DNA of 64,000 nt from a virus: positions 1-64,000 of the IMG/VR virus record IMGVR_UViG_3300035701_000016. One strand, given 5' to 3'. The translations under genes were made by a program, and so were the position numbers. The notes beneath the pieces are model-generated. The model did no database searches. It worked only from the letters and a program-made list of their open reading frames with translations, and was not told where the DNA came from. Shown in pieces: positions 1 to 7,994 of the stretch (position 1 is its first letter; every line of letters begins with the position of its first letter).

Positions 1-162
1 AAAGTTTGGAAACAGCAGGTAAACTCAATTATTGAGGATACTATAGGTCTCAGCTGTGATGACCTGGAAGATTGCTGTTACCGTGACTGGTTTGATGACG
101 GCGTGTCTCCCAAGACTGCTGCCAAGCGTGCCATTCAGAATTCAGGCGGTTCGGTAGCGTGA
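1..162 (+). CDS. Partial small phage protein (3' end), possibly DUF5419-like
   Basis: Frame 1 is open from the window edge: KVWKQQVNSIIEDTIGLSCDDLEDCCYRDWFDDGVSPKTAAKRAIQNSGGSVA*. Family resemblance is from memory only. Confidence 0.55.
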   Translation, partial: KVWKQQVNSIIEDTIGLSCDDLEDCCYRDWFDDGVSPKTAAKRAIQNSGGSVA

Positions 163-193
163 TAGCATTACCATATCAATTACCATCAAACAC

Positions 194-222
194 TTGTCAT
201 TACGCTTCATTCGTGCTACTAT
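194..222 (+). promoter_or_regulatory. Sigma70-type early promoter P1
   Basis: TTGTCA-17nt-TACTAT with extended TG; spacer TTCATTCGTGC is shared with other promoters. Confidence 0.75.
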
Positions 223-297
223 AAATGTAGCGGCAGCCTGCCGCGAAACGACTAGGGGTTTGAATACCCCGCCAGGACAAACCTAAAGGAGGTTTAC

Positions 298-759
298 ATG
301 TCCACACAAGCTCGGTGTTTAGTTTGTAAAAAGCCACTCACAAGTGGCGATATCGGAGGCACCTGCTCTGCTCACCAGGGCAAGATCCGCCTCTTCGCCA
401 ATACGGCGACCATTGTGCCTGAAGGGTTCCTCAAGATGTCCGTTGTTTGCCGTGCCTACGAGAAGGCTGGTTTCACCACCCGCCAGATCGTCAAAGCCTG
501 CGGCGGCGACGCCTGCACGGAGCAACCGTTCGGCGGAGAAGATCCCAAAGGGCTGTTCTACGTGACCTACGTTGGCAACCGGAAATACTTGGCTCCCGCC
601 ATTCTCACCACCGGCATGGAGCAGTTCAAGAAAGCAACTGCAGCTCCGGCCGAAGCTCCCAAGGCTTTGGTTTCCGGCAAAGACAACGGCAAGGAAGTCA
701 ACGCAATTGCCGTCGCCCTCCAGACCAAGGTTATCAAGGCTCCGGTCTCCGTCAAGTAG
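298..759 (+). CDS. Early protein, paralog of 5812-6330, possibly winged-helix DNA-binding
   Basis: SD AAGGAGG; shares PEG.L.M..VC....AG......A.GGD.C...P...F.V.YVG.RKY..P with 5812-6330. Confidence 0.75.
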   Translation: MSTQARCLVCKKPLTSGDIGGTCSAHQGKIRLFANTATIVPEGFLKMSVVCRAYEKAGFTTRQIVKACGGDACTEQPFGGEDPKGLFYVTYVGNRKYLAPAILTTGMEQFKKATAAPAEAPKALVSGKDNGKEVNAIAVALQTKVIKAPVSVK

Positions 760-761
760 CC

Positions 762-806
762 ATCCAGTATTAGTGAGGTGGGCAAGCGAATAGCCAGCCC
801 ACCTCA
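762..806 (+). ncRNA. Conserved downstream RNA element (ATCCwGTATTAGT + hairpin with GAATA loop), copy 1
   Basis: TGAGGTGGGC/GCCCACCTCA stem; second copy at 6347-6392. Confidence 0.55.
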
Positions 807-830
807 AACCATTTGTTCAAGGAGGTTATC

Positions 831-1031
831 ATGCCTTTGGATCCCAAAGTTTTAGCAGAGTTTGAAAACTCTTGCGACGAAGCAGATAACGATCTGCAAC
901 TCAAGTACGAAAAAATGACTCCTGAGCAACGACAAGGAGCCGACACCTTCCTCGCCTGGTACAAGATGTGGTTTGGGAAATGCACCTACACTCACATCGG
1001 CAAGCATCTCAAGGAGTTTAGGTTTCATTAA
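831..1031 (+). CDS. Hypothetical protein
   Basis: SD AAGGAGG before ATG at 831. Confidence 0.7.
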   Translation: MPLDPKVLAEFENSCDEADNDLQLKYEKMTPEQRQGADTFLAWYKMWFGKCTYTHIGKHLKEFRFH

Positions 1032-1230
1032 TTTGCAAGAAATCGGCGGACGCAGGGTGTCCTCCGCACCCTGAATCCGGATTTGGAGCCTACCGTCTTC
1101 CCCGCTGGCGGTAGGCTCTTCTAGTTTCCCTTTGCTGCGAGTCCCCGTCCTGCCACGAATATCCACTGGCAAGGATGCGAATTCCCAGGAGTGGGAAACA
1201 CCACTCACAATACCACAAAAGGAGGTGTTT

Positions 1231-1506
1231 ATGAGTCTTGAAGAATATAGTTCTTTTGATCTCTACCCCTGTCCAATATGCGGTCAACTGCATGACGAAT
1301 TCGAAGAGGCCTTGATCTGCTGGGATGACTACAATGATACCACCACGATGACTATTTATCTCTGGACTGAGTTTCCGTTCAAGATGGCAGAGTTTAGCAT
1401 GATCATGGCACAGGCCAGGGAAATTCGTGGAAGAGTCACGAGCTATACCACATGGGGATCCACAAATTTCTTGATAAGAACGTCAATTGTGGTAGAATCT
1501 AATTGA
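1231..1506 (+). CDS. Hypothetical protein with CxxC motif
   Basis: SD AAGGAGG before ATG at 1231; CPICG. Confidence 0.65.
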   Translation: MSLEEYSSFDLYPCPICGQLHDEFEEALICWDDYNDTTTMTIYLWTEFPFKMAEFSMIMAQAREIRGRVTSYTTWGSTNFLIRTSIVVESN

Positions 1507-1521
1507 CATGGTATCAAATAC

Positions 1522-1550
1522 TTGTCACAAAGGCTCATTTGTGCTACACT
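1522..1550 (+). promoter_or_regulatory. Sigma70-type early promoter P2
   Basis: TTGTCA-17nt-TACACT, extended TG, spacer CTCATTTGTGC. Confidence 0.75.
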
Positions 1551-1601
1551 ATAACTAGGTAGAACTATATCTGGAAACGATTACAAAGAAAGGAGGTTGC
1601 A

Positions 1602-1703
1602 ATGTTTCTTGAAGGACTTTGGTACGCATTCTGCTTATTTATTACGATAGCTTTGCTGGCATCTCTGTGGGCAGCCTTCAGCCAGCCCTATCATCGTAAA
1701 TGA
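1602..1703 (+). CDS. Small membrane peptide (33 aa)
   Basis: SD AAGGAGG; MFLEGLWYAFCFIITIALLASLWAAFSQPYHRK. Confidence 0.6.
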   Translation: MFLEGLWYAFCLFITIALLASLWAAFSQPYHRK

Positions 1704-1790
1704 TTCCTTGGTTGCATCCTACCCTAGTCCTCCTGGACTACGGTAGGCTAGAGCTAAGGAAGCTCTAAATTATCTAAAGGAGGTATCAAA

Positions 1791-3311
1791 ATGGAAAACC
1801 GAAAGGCAGAGGTTACGGTAGATCCGTCACTGTTCAGTATGGTTGCAAGAACCATGTACAGCTCAGATCCTACCATAATTGTTCCAAGAGAACTTCTGCA
1901 AAATTCTGTGGATGCTTGCAAGAGAGCGGGCGTCATACCAGAGATATCCATGATCATAGAAACTCACTGGTCTTCTACAGAAGGTGAGAGTTGGACATCC
2001 ATTGTTTGTGAAGACAATGGTTGTGGCATGGATCAGGATGAGCTGGTTGACAAATTCTTGAAGCTCGGTGCGTCTTCAAAACGTGGAGATAGCCAGTCTA
2101 CCGGAAAGTTCGGGATTGCTAAAGCGGCAATCATGTCCGGTAAGGATTGGTCTGTTGAAACTAACGAAATAGCCGTAAGTTTTGAAGATGTGCGAGAAGG
2201 CAATCTTGTAAGAGATCTTCCGGAACCCAGAGTAGGAACCAGAGTTTATGTGATGCTAGATAGATATTGCTACAGCAAACAGACAATTGTTCGTCTGATT
2301 GAATCCTCAGAAGTAGATATCAAACTTATCCTCACGGAACGCTCCGATACCTGCTACAATATTGAACACTGTGGGCTTCTGGTCAATCCTCAGAATGAAG
2401 TAGTTCTTGTAGAAGACAAGTTGTGGAAAGGTACATCCATAGAAAAGCTTCCGTCAAACGAAGCAGATGGATATACTTTTGTTCGCTTGAATGGATTGAC
2501 CCAGTTTGAATTAAAAGGCCACTGCTCGGAAAGAGAAACCAATCTTCTCATAGATATGTTTCCTTCTACCGCAGATCCTGGAAATGACGAGTATCCATTC
2601 ACAATGTCCAGAGAAAATCTTCGTGGATCTAGCAAAGACAAGATCGACTCCTGGGTTGACGAGTGCAACAGAAATCCGTACACTACCGATTCCTTGCGAG
2701 AGGATCTTACCAACCAGGAAAAGCAGAATTTCATTCCAGGATATTCTCTGAGGGGCAAACGATCCAGACTTCATGGTGGAACTGAAGAGCAGGATAATGA
2801 TCAAGATAACATTAGAGATTCGAAAATAGTAGATGCTCTAAGAAAGATCAAGAATTATCCCTACGGTACAGATGCCATGAAGTTTATTGACGAAAATGCC
2901 ATCTCTCCTATAATTCGTCTTGACAGATATACGGTAACAGATGAAACCTTCCCTCGTGATTCTAAGATCATGCAGGCATGGGCTATGATGCTAACGTATG
3001 TAGTTGACAATGAAATAAAGTTCGGAGTTGGTTTGATCGGTGCATCTCTAACGACATCTCAGTTAGACACATCTTCCGGAATGTATTTCTTCTCAATCAA
3101 TCCTGGCTTTGTCTGCTTTGAGAAAACTCCGTTCGGTAGAGCTTTGGCTATGTGGGGAATGGCTTCTCATGAAGCTTCTCATCTGCATATTCAAAACCAT
3201 AACGAAAGTTTCACGATGGCAGAGTTGATGGTTCAGCATGAATCTGCGGATGATATCTATCCAATAGTAGCTAAGGTTGCGAGAATTCTATCCGGACCTG
3301 AGTTCTTCTAG
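1791..3311 (+). CDS. GHKL (HSP90/rIIA-like) ATPase with C-terminal HExxH metallopeptidase-like motif
   Basis: RELLQNSVDA (N box), EDNGCGM (G1), GKFGIA (G2), GT (G3); C-terminal HEASHLHIQNHNESF. Confidence 0.8.
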   Translation: MENRKAEVTVDPSLFSMVARTMYSSDPTIIVPRELLQNSVDACKRAGVIPEISMIIETHWSSTEGESWTSIVCEDNGCGMDQDELVDKFLKLGASSKRGDSQSTGKFGIAKAAIMSGKDWSVETNEIAVSFEDVREGNLVRDLPEPRVGTRVYVMLDRYCYSKQTIVRLIESSEVDIKLILTERSDTCYNIEHCGLLVNPQNEVVLVEDKLWKGTSIEKLPSNEADGYTFVRLNGLTQFELKGHCSERETNLLIDMFPSTADPGNDEYPFTMSRENLRGSSKDKIDSWVDECNRNPYTTDSLREDLTNQEKQNFIPGYSLRGKRSRLHGGTEEQDNDQDNIRDSKIVDALRKIKNYPYGTDAMKFIDENAISPIIRLDRYTVTDETFPRDSKIMQAWAMMLTYVVDNEIKFGVGLIGASLTTSQLDTSSGMYFFSINPGFVCFEKTPFGRALAMWGMASHEASHLHIQNHNESFTMAELMVQHESADDIYPIVAKVARILSGPEFF

Positions 3312-3320
3312 GAGGGCAAG

Positions 3321-3416
3321 ATGAATACTAAGAACGATAGCAGATATGAGTTTATACTCATCATGCTGGCTTTGATTCTGTTGTGCTACATCGGCTGTCT
3401 GTCGGTGCATCCATGA
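3321..3416 (+). CDS. Small membrane peptide (31 aa)
   Basis: SD GGAGG; MNTKNDSRYEFILIMLALILLCYIGCLSVHP; ATGA-coupled to the next gene. Confidence 0.5.
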   Translation: MNTKNDSRYEFILIMLALILLCYIGCLSVHP

Positions 3417-3619
3417 ACGCATCAGACAAACCAGACCCAATTCTGCCAGCGGATCTGATCTACCGTGCCTTCAAGGACAAGCACACTGGATTGAACGGTA
3501 TGCCAGTCCCACTCTATAAGATCGGTCTTGAGACCATTACCAAGAGTGAATATTTCCGTAGGGTACTAGTCCTCAAAGTAGCGGCTAAACGAGCCGAACG
3601 AGAAAGAGGGATTCAATGA
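3413..3619 (+). CDS. Hypothetical protein
   Basis: ATGA-coupled on both sides. Confidence 0.6.
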   Translation: MNASDKPDPILPADLIYRAFKDKHTGLNGMPVPLYKIGLETITKSEYFRRVLVLKVAAKRAERERGIQ

Positions 3620-3825
3620 GCGGTGTAGCAGTCATAGCAATAAGAAAACAAGATCTCGAACTCCTTATAGAAAGTCTAATGATGGAATCTACGGCATTAG
3701 GTCACTTTGTAGATAATAAAGTGGGATCTGCAAAATCAATCACTGATGCCAAGGATAAATTTCGAAGAAGTATATTTCTACGGCAGGAGTTAGAGTCCCA
3801 AAGAAGATTGTGGTTTATTGACTAG
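3616..3825 (+). CDS. Hypothetical protein
   Basis: Coupled ORF with SD GAGGG. Confidence 0.6.
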   Translation: MSGVAVIAIRKQDLELLIESLMMESTALGHFVDNKVGSAKSITDAKDKFRRSIFLRQELESQRRLWFID

Positions 3826-3831
3826 ATATTC

Positions 3832-4250
3832 GGCCGGCGGAGTAGACGCAACGAGATTTTTACATCTCCTTTTTCGTAAGGACAGGGCAGGGCTGTCCTC
3901 GGCCACAATCCGGAATAAGCACGGAAGGGTAGCGTGCAGAAATCAGACTTCAATCTGGTTTTCTGACTTGATCAGTCATCTGGTTCAATTCCAGAATTCC
4001 GGTCTCGGTAGAACTGAAGACACGTGGAAATCGTAAGGTGTAACAGAGGTAGAAAAGCGGTATCCAATCCTGCTGAGTACATCGGCGACGGTAGGGATAT
4101 AAGAACCCTCAACGTGAGCGATCCACGATAAAGGACACCAGAAGGTTCTACCGGACTTGATGCGGAAGTCTCTGACTCCAAGGAGCGGAGTATGGTGCGG
4201 TCTCTGACGAGAGACTTTTACTTGATGGTGTAATTTGCACACCGCATCAA
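3832..4250 (+). ncRNA. Structured non-coding RNA block of four consecutive closed domains
   Basis: Closing helices GGCCGG/TCGGCC, CCGGAAT/ATTCCGG, CGGTAGAAC/GTTCTACCG and TTGATGC/GCATCAA; no credible ORF. Confidence 0.55.
3910..4003 (+). ncRNA. Atypical tRNA-like RNA with TCA in the anticodon-like loop
   Basis: Acceptor CCGGAAT/ATTCCGG; D stem GCACG/CGTGC; extended anticodon stem with 6-nt loop CTTCAA; variable arm TGACT/AGTCA; T arm TCTGG-TTCAATT-CCAGA. Confidence 0.65.
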
Positions 4251-4272
4251 TTATATAAGAGGAAAAAAAATT

Positions 4273-4494
4273 ATGTCCAAAAAGAAATCAAATTTGCGAA
4301 GAAAAGATCCACCATGTCTGGGATGTCTACATATGTCAGAATTAGTATGTGATATTTTAGGTATAGTGGATGAAGATTCACTGAAGATATGCAATAGAGC
4401 AGGTTACAAAGAAATTCGTAGTCTAAATAGTAGGACTGGACACTATCATGAGGGTGCTTACTGGACATCAAAAGATAGAGGATATGGACGTTAA
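4273..4494 (+). CDS. Small basic Cys-containing hypothetical protein
   Basis: SD GAGG; CxxC. Confidence 0.55.
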   Translation: MSKKKSNLRRKDPPCLGCLHMSELVCDILGIVDEDSLKICNRAGYKEIRSLNSRTGHYHEGAYWTSKDRGYGR

Positions 4495-4512
4495 ATCAAT
4501 TTATGTCGGGTA

Positions 4513-4541
4513 TTGTTCCGTCGGTTCATTTGTGCTATTAT
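4513..4541 (+). promoter_or_regulatory. Sigma70-type early promoter P3
   Basis: TTGTTC-17nt-TATTAT, spacer TTCATTTGTGC. Confidence 0.75.
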
Positions 4542-4590
4542 AAGTGTAGGCGCATAATGCCACGAAACGACTATACCAAAGGAGGTTACT

Positions 4591-4992
4591 ATGAATGATG
4601 ATCCGAGTAAAGCATGGGATCGCTACTGCCAGCAGCAAGAGGATATAGAGCTCTGGGAGAGTGTTGTAGACGTTGGTGTTGTCATGCAGGAGAGAGGTAT
4701 CGATTTCTCTCCCATAGATGCCAGTAACGACTTCATCTGGTTTATCAACGCCAAGATAACTGACTGCAAATTCTCCACCGACGTTATTACCGGAGAGCGT
4801 GTTTGCATCAACCACCCGACTCTCAAGGCTCCCTGGAACAGAAGTGATGGAGAGATTGACTTAGCTGCTACCGCTGATGCTGTTGTTGAAGCTATCTGTG
4901 TTGCTTCGGGACCTAAGACTCCACCTTTTCCTGAGAATTGGAGTTTACCTCAATCACTTCCGAATCCTCCAGATAACTACGATCCTGCCTAG
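4591..4992 (+). CDS. Hypothetical protein
   Basis: SD AAGGAGG. Confidence 0.75.
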   Translation: MNDDPSKAWDRYCQQQEDIELWESVVDVGVVMQERGIDFSPIDASNDFIWFINAKITDCKFSTDVITGERVCINHPTLKAPWNRSDGEIDLAATADAVVEAICVASGPKTPPFPENWSLPQSLPNPPDNYDPA

Positions 4993-5063
4993 ACTTCCAA
5001 TCTGTTACTGCTCCCCACCCCGAAAAGAGGTGGAGGGCAGGAAGGAGAAAGGAGGTAATTATA

Positions 5064-5441
5064 ATGTCAAGTGAAATAACCAAACTCGAGTCTTATGATG
5101 TAGGCCACCGTATCGTAGTTATGGATACAGATGGCAAGACTGTTCTGGTGATTATCAGAGTAGCTAGATTGAGCAATAGAGAGGTCAATTTGGATATTAG
5201 TTTCTCGGACGGTAGAACGGTGGAGTTTATCCAACAATGGGATAACGGTAGACCAAATCTATCTCAACTGGTGATTGAAGAGATTGTCTCCAGTGTTACT
5301 AACGGATCTCTTACCGTTCAGTCTTCAACTCCTAAGTTGAATAGTGTGATATATCAACAGGAAATTATAGACTCCGACCGAGATCAGAATAGACCTCAAT
5401 ATGGTAACGATGAAGAACGACTCTGTCCAGACTGTGACTGA
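5064..5441 (+). CDS. Hypothetical protein
   Basis: SD AAGGAGG. Confidence 0.7.
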   Translation: MSSEITKLESYDVGHRIVVMDTDGKTVLVIIRVARLSNREVNLDISFSDGRTVEFIQQWDNGRPNLSQLVIEEIVSSVTNGSLTVQSSTPKLNSVIYQQEIIDSDRDQNRPQYGNDEERLCPDCD

Positions 5442-5697
5442 CAGTCCTGGCTATGTAGGTCGTGATAAATTTGTCCAGCTCTGGGATCAGCCAGATGGCT
5501 ATGACTATCTCATGGATCCCAAGCGACGTCGTCGAGAAAGGAGATTTACATCACGGGAAGAAGCTTTACGATACCTTCGGGAAGAAATGTACTATGCGAC
5601 TGACGATATGCGATTCTTCTATTGGTTTCCATATTCTGATGACCTGCCATATCATATCTTAGACGGGTCGCCAGTCGAAAAATTGAAACCAAATTGA
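5410..5697 (+). CDS. Hypothetical protein
   Basis: Overlaps the previous ORF; start uncertain. Confidence 0.55.
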   Translation: MKNDSVQTVTDSPGYVGRDKFVQLWDQPDGYDYLMDPKRRRRERRFTSREEALRYLREEMYYATDDMRFFYWFPYSDDLPYHILDGSPVEKLKPN

Positions 5698-5710
5698 AGA
5701 AAAATAGGGC

Positions 5711-5739
5711 TTGCATTAGTCGTTCATTTGCTGTATAAT
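5711..5739 (+). promoter_or_regulatory. Sigma70-type early promoter P4
   Basis: TTGCAT-17nt-TATAAT, spacer TTCATTTG. Confidence 0.75.
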
Positions 5740-5811
5740 GTATATGTAACTGGGGAGCGACACATTCTAACCCCGACAAAAATCTTGGTTCAAAACGAAA
5801 GGAGTTTCAAA

Positions 5812-6330
5812 ATGGGTGACAATCCTGTTGTAACTGCTCCGGCTGTTGAGCAGAAAGTCGTAAAGGTAAAAGTGGCGAAACCGCCAAAAGAGGCCAAGCC
5901 GCCTCGCCTCGGTAAAGGTTGGACCGAGGAAAAATGGAAAGCACGTCTGGCCGAACTTACAGTCCCTGCAATTCCCGAGGGCTGGCTCAACATGGCCGAT
6001 GTCTGCAAAAAATTCAACGATGCTGGAGTTAAGATCTCCCGTGTGGTTTCGGCCAGCGGTGGTGATCGGTGTGCTAACGAACCCTGGGACGCTGTATTCC
6101 AGGTCAAGTACGTGGGTGGACGTAAGTATCAGTCGCCCGACGTCCTGGTGAAGGGTATGGCTCTTCTGAACGACCCCACATTCCATCCGGTCGTGAGAAT
6201 TGGTCGCAAGAAAGCCACCAACCCCGACGGTACGACCAAAGAACCTGCTCCTAAGGGAGTTAAGGTGAAGGTTGAAATGGACACTAATAAGTCCAAAGTT
6301 TGGGTTGCTCCGACCAGCGATAAGAAATAA
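5812..6330 (+). CDS. Lys-rich early protein, paralog of 298-759
   Basis: SD AAGGAG before ATG 5812; shared core domain; KVVKVKVAKPPK/KGVKVKV basic arms. Confidence 0.8.
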   Translation: MGDNPVVTAPAVEQKVVKVKVAKPPKEAKPPRLGKGWTEEKWKARLAELTVPAIPEGWLNMADVCKKFNDAGVKISRVVSASGGDRCANEPWDAVFQVKYVGGRKYQSPDVLVKGMALLNDPTFHPVVRIGRKKATNPDGTTKEPAPKGVKVKVEMDTNKSKVWVAPTSDKK

Positions 6331-6346
6331 CTGCTCCACCTGCGTG

Positions 6347-6392
6347 ATCCTGTATTAGTATCCCCACTAGCTGAATAAGCCGGTGGGGATAC
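6347..6392 (+). ncRNA. Conserved downstream RNA element, copy 2
   Basis: ATCCTGTATTAGT + GTATCCCCAC/GTGGGGATAC stem with GAATA apical loop. Confidence 0.55.
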
Positions 6393-6416
6393 GCCATTCT
6401 AGAGGAGAATGGGACT

Positions 6417-6701
6417 ATGATGGATAAAAAGACATCCAAGCATGATCTAATGGCAACCTACAATCTCTTAAAGGAAGAGGCCAAAACTAACTCCCACATT
6501 GAAGAAGGTAGGCTGAATAGGGCTTTGGGCATAGCCATGAGAAAAGAGTCGTATGAAAAATACTACACAACTTTTACAGGTTGCACATGTCCTGATCAAG
6601 CCAACAGATCTCAATTTATCTGCAAGCATCGCCTATCCTTCATGTTGGAGCATGGTGATGATATTAGCCTCATGCTATTTGAGGGAACTCCAATTTCTTA
6701 G
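6417..6701 (+). CDS. SWIM zinc-finger protein
   Basis: CTCPD...CKH motif. Confidence 0.75.
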   Translation: MMDKKTSKHDLMATYNLLKEEAKTNSHIEEGRLNRALGIAMRKESYEKYYTTFTGCTCPDQANRSQFICKHRLSFMLEHGDDISLMLFEGTPIS

Positions 6702-6709
6702 GAGGGATT

Positions 6710-6964
6710 ATGTTAATAAATGACGTTAAGAAAGGTATGAAGATCCGTACCAAGGATGGAATTACTGGTACGATGATGGATAATCAGAAGGGTATTATTA
6801 GAACTATACAGATTCCGATGATCTTTGATTCACGGCAGATGGATATAGGAAGCTGCTATGTTGATACCATCCGGTGGGTCATGGTGAAGAATGAATGGGA
6901 AAAAGTTGAGCTGTCTGAGGCTAATCGTAAACAGCTCTCCAAAATTCCATCAAGTTTTCGGTAG
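6710..6964 (+). CDS. Hypothetical protein (SH3-like beta fold suspected)
   Basis: SD GGAGG; DVKKGMKIRTKDGITG. Confidence 0.7.
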   Translation: MLINDVKKGMKIRTKDGITGTMMDNQKGIIRTIQIPMIFDSRQMDIGSCYVDTIRWVMVKNEWEKVELSEANRKQLSKIPSSFR

Positions 6965-7283
6965 GAATAACCGCAGATTCAGGATATACTTTTGGCTGAT
7001 TCTAATATTATGGGAAATAGTAATATGCTCAACCCCAAGGCAAGATGTCCGTACGGATCTGCCCCCTCCAAAAAGTACATTAGTCGCTACTGCCACGACT
7101 AATGACTGTCATAACAAACTGGATCCTCTCATATATAGTTTCCTAGCCGGTAATGGAGATAGAGGTATCTACGATGCGGCTCTTAGATGCAAGGATCCAG
7201 AAGTTGCGATAAAAGTAGAATGGGGGTTGGCGAAGAGAGATTATTTAGTTCTTCAGAGGTTGATAAAAAGACAGACTCCATGA
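6891..7283 (+). CDS. Hypothetical protein with hydrophobic segment
   Basis: Open frame; start uncertain; converges on 7183-7830. Confidence 0.4.
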   Translation: MNGKKLSCLRLIVNSSPKFHQVFGRNNRRFRIYFWLILILWEIVICSTPRQDVRTDLPPPKSTLVATATTNDCHNKLDPLIYSFLAGNGDRGIYDAALRCKDPEVAIKVEWGLAKRDYLVLQRLIKRQTP

Positions 7284-7830
7284 AATTTATGGAGTCTTTC
7301 TTTATTCTCTTGGCAAGACTTTCAATTGTCCCTTCTTCCAGACCTACGGTTTCATCAACACATGGGTCCAGAGATTGCAGATATCCATATGCGTGATCAC
7401 AACATATGTGTTCAGACTCTGTACAGTTGCGATAGTCAGGAGAAAGATCTCTTCTCCATAATCTTGAGTCACAGGGTCTACCGTTGTCTAAATCGAGTAA
7501 TGCTTGCAGTATCGTCTGGAATAGTATTTGTCTAAGAAATTCCCCATCACAATCAGTTTCTCGGCGTAAACCTGATGATGGACTTATTCCTCTCATCAAG
7601 TACCATAGATCTACTCCAAGGTTGGGACTACCGTAGAATGGAGAGATCAGATCTTGATCTTTGAGGTCATGCAGAATATCCAGGGGAGAATTCCAGCAGT
7701 TCACAAAGTTGGTTATATCTGTATGAAACGTTACTGTTCCTGCGGCAGCATTCACCATTCCTCTATTAGTTATTATCCAACAATGAAGATAGTTTAGCCT
7801 GACAGATCTCTTTTGTTTCCAGTTCAGCAT
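7183..7830 (-). CDS. Hypothetical protein
   Basis: SD AAGGAGG upstream on the minus strand; 215 aa. Confidence 0.65.
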   Translation of the reverse strand: MLNWKQKRSVRLNYLHCWIITNRGMVNAAAGTVTFHTDITNFVNCWNSPLDILHDLKDQDLISPFYGSPNLGVDLWYLMRGISPSSGLRRETDCDGEFLRQILFQTILQALLDLDNGRPCDSRLWRRDLSPDYRNCTESEHICCDHAYGYLQSLDPCVDETVGLEEGTIESLAKRIKKDSINFMESVFLSTSEELNNLSSPTPILLLSQLLDPCI

Positions 7831-7873
7831 AGTGTTTTCCTCCTTGACAATAGCCTAAAATTGGCGCACAACA

Positions 7874-7920
7874 GGCATTTCAAATGGCTACTACGAACTC
7901 TACAATGCCCCTACAACGCT
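7874..7920 (+). repeat. Phased ~10-bp CTAC(A/G)A element, copy C
   Basis: GGCATTTCAAATGGCTACTACGAACTCTACAATGCCCCTACAACG; related to 11845-11899 and 31215-31258. Confidence 0.5.
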
Positions 7921-7994
7921 TCATTTTGTATACTGGCACATAATGTACACCTAAAATACTTATCAGTTTAAACAGAATTTATATCCCAATAATT

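Noticed and set aside
3950-3952. TGA recoding (alternative genetic code) suggested by the UCA loop
   Set aside because: Conserved genes are intact under the standard code and many end in TGA, including ATGA overlaps.
4007-4230. Hammerhead or twister ribozyme (CTGACGA, TAAC-like words)
   Set aside because: A complete catalytic core with the right helices could not be assembled by eye.
3818-4242. Short ORFs 3818-4036, 3972-4181 and 3985-4242
   Set aside because: No convincing SD or protein features; the region is better explained as structured RNA.
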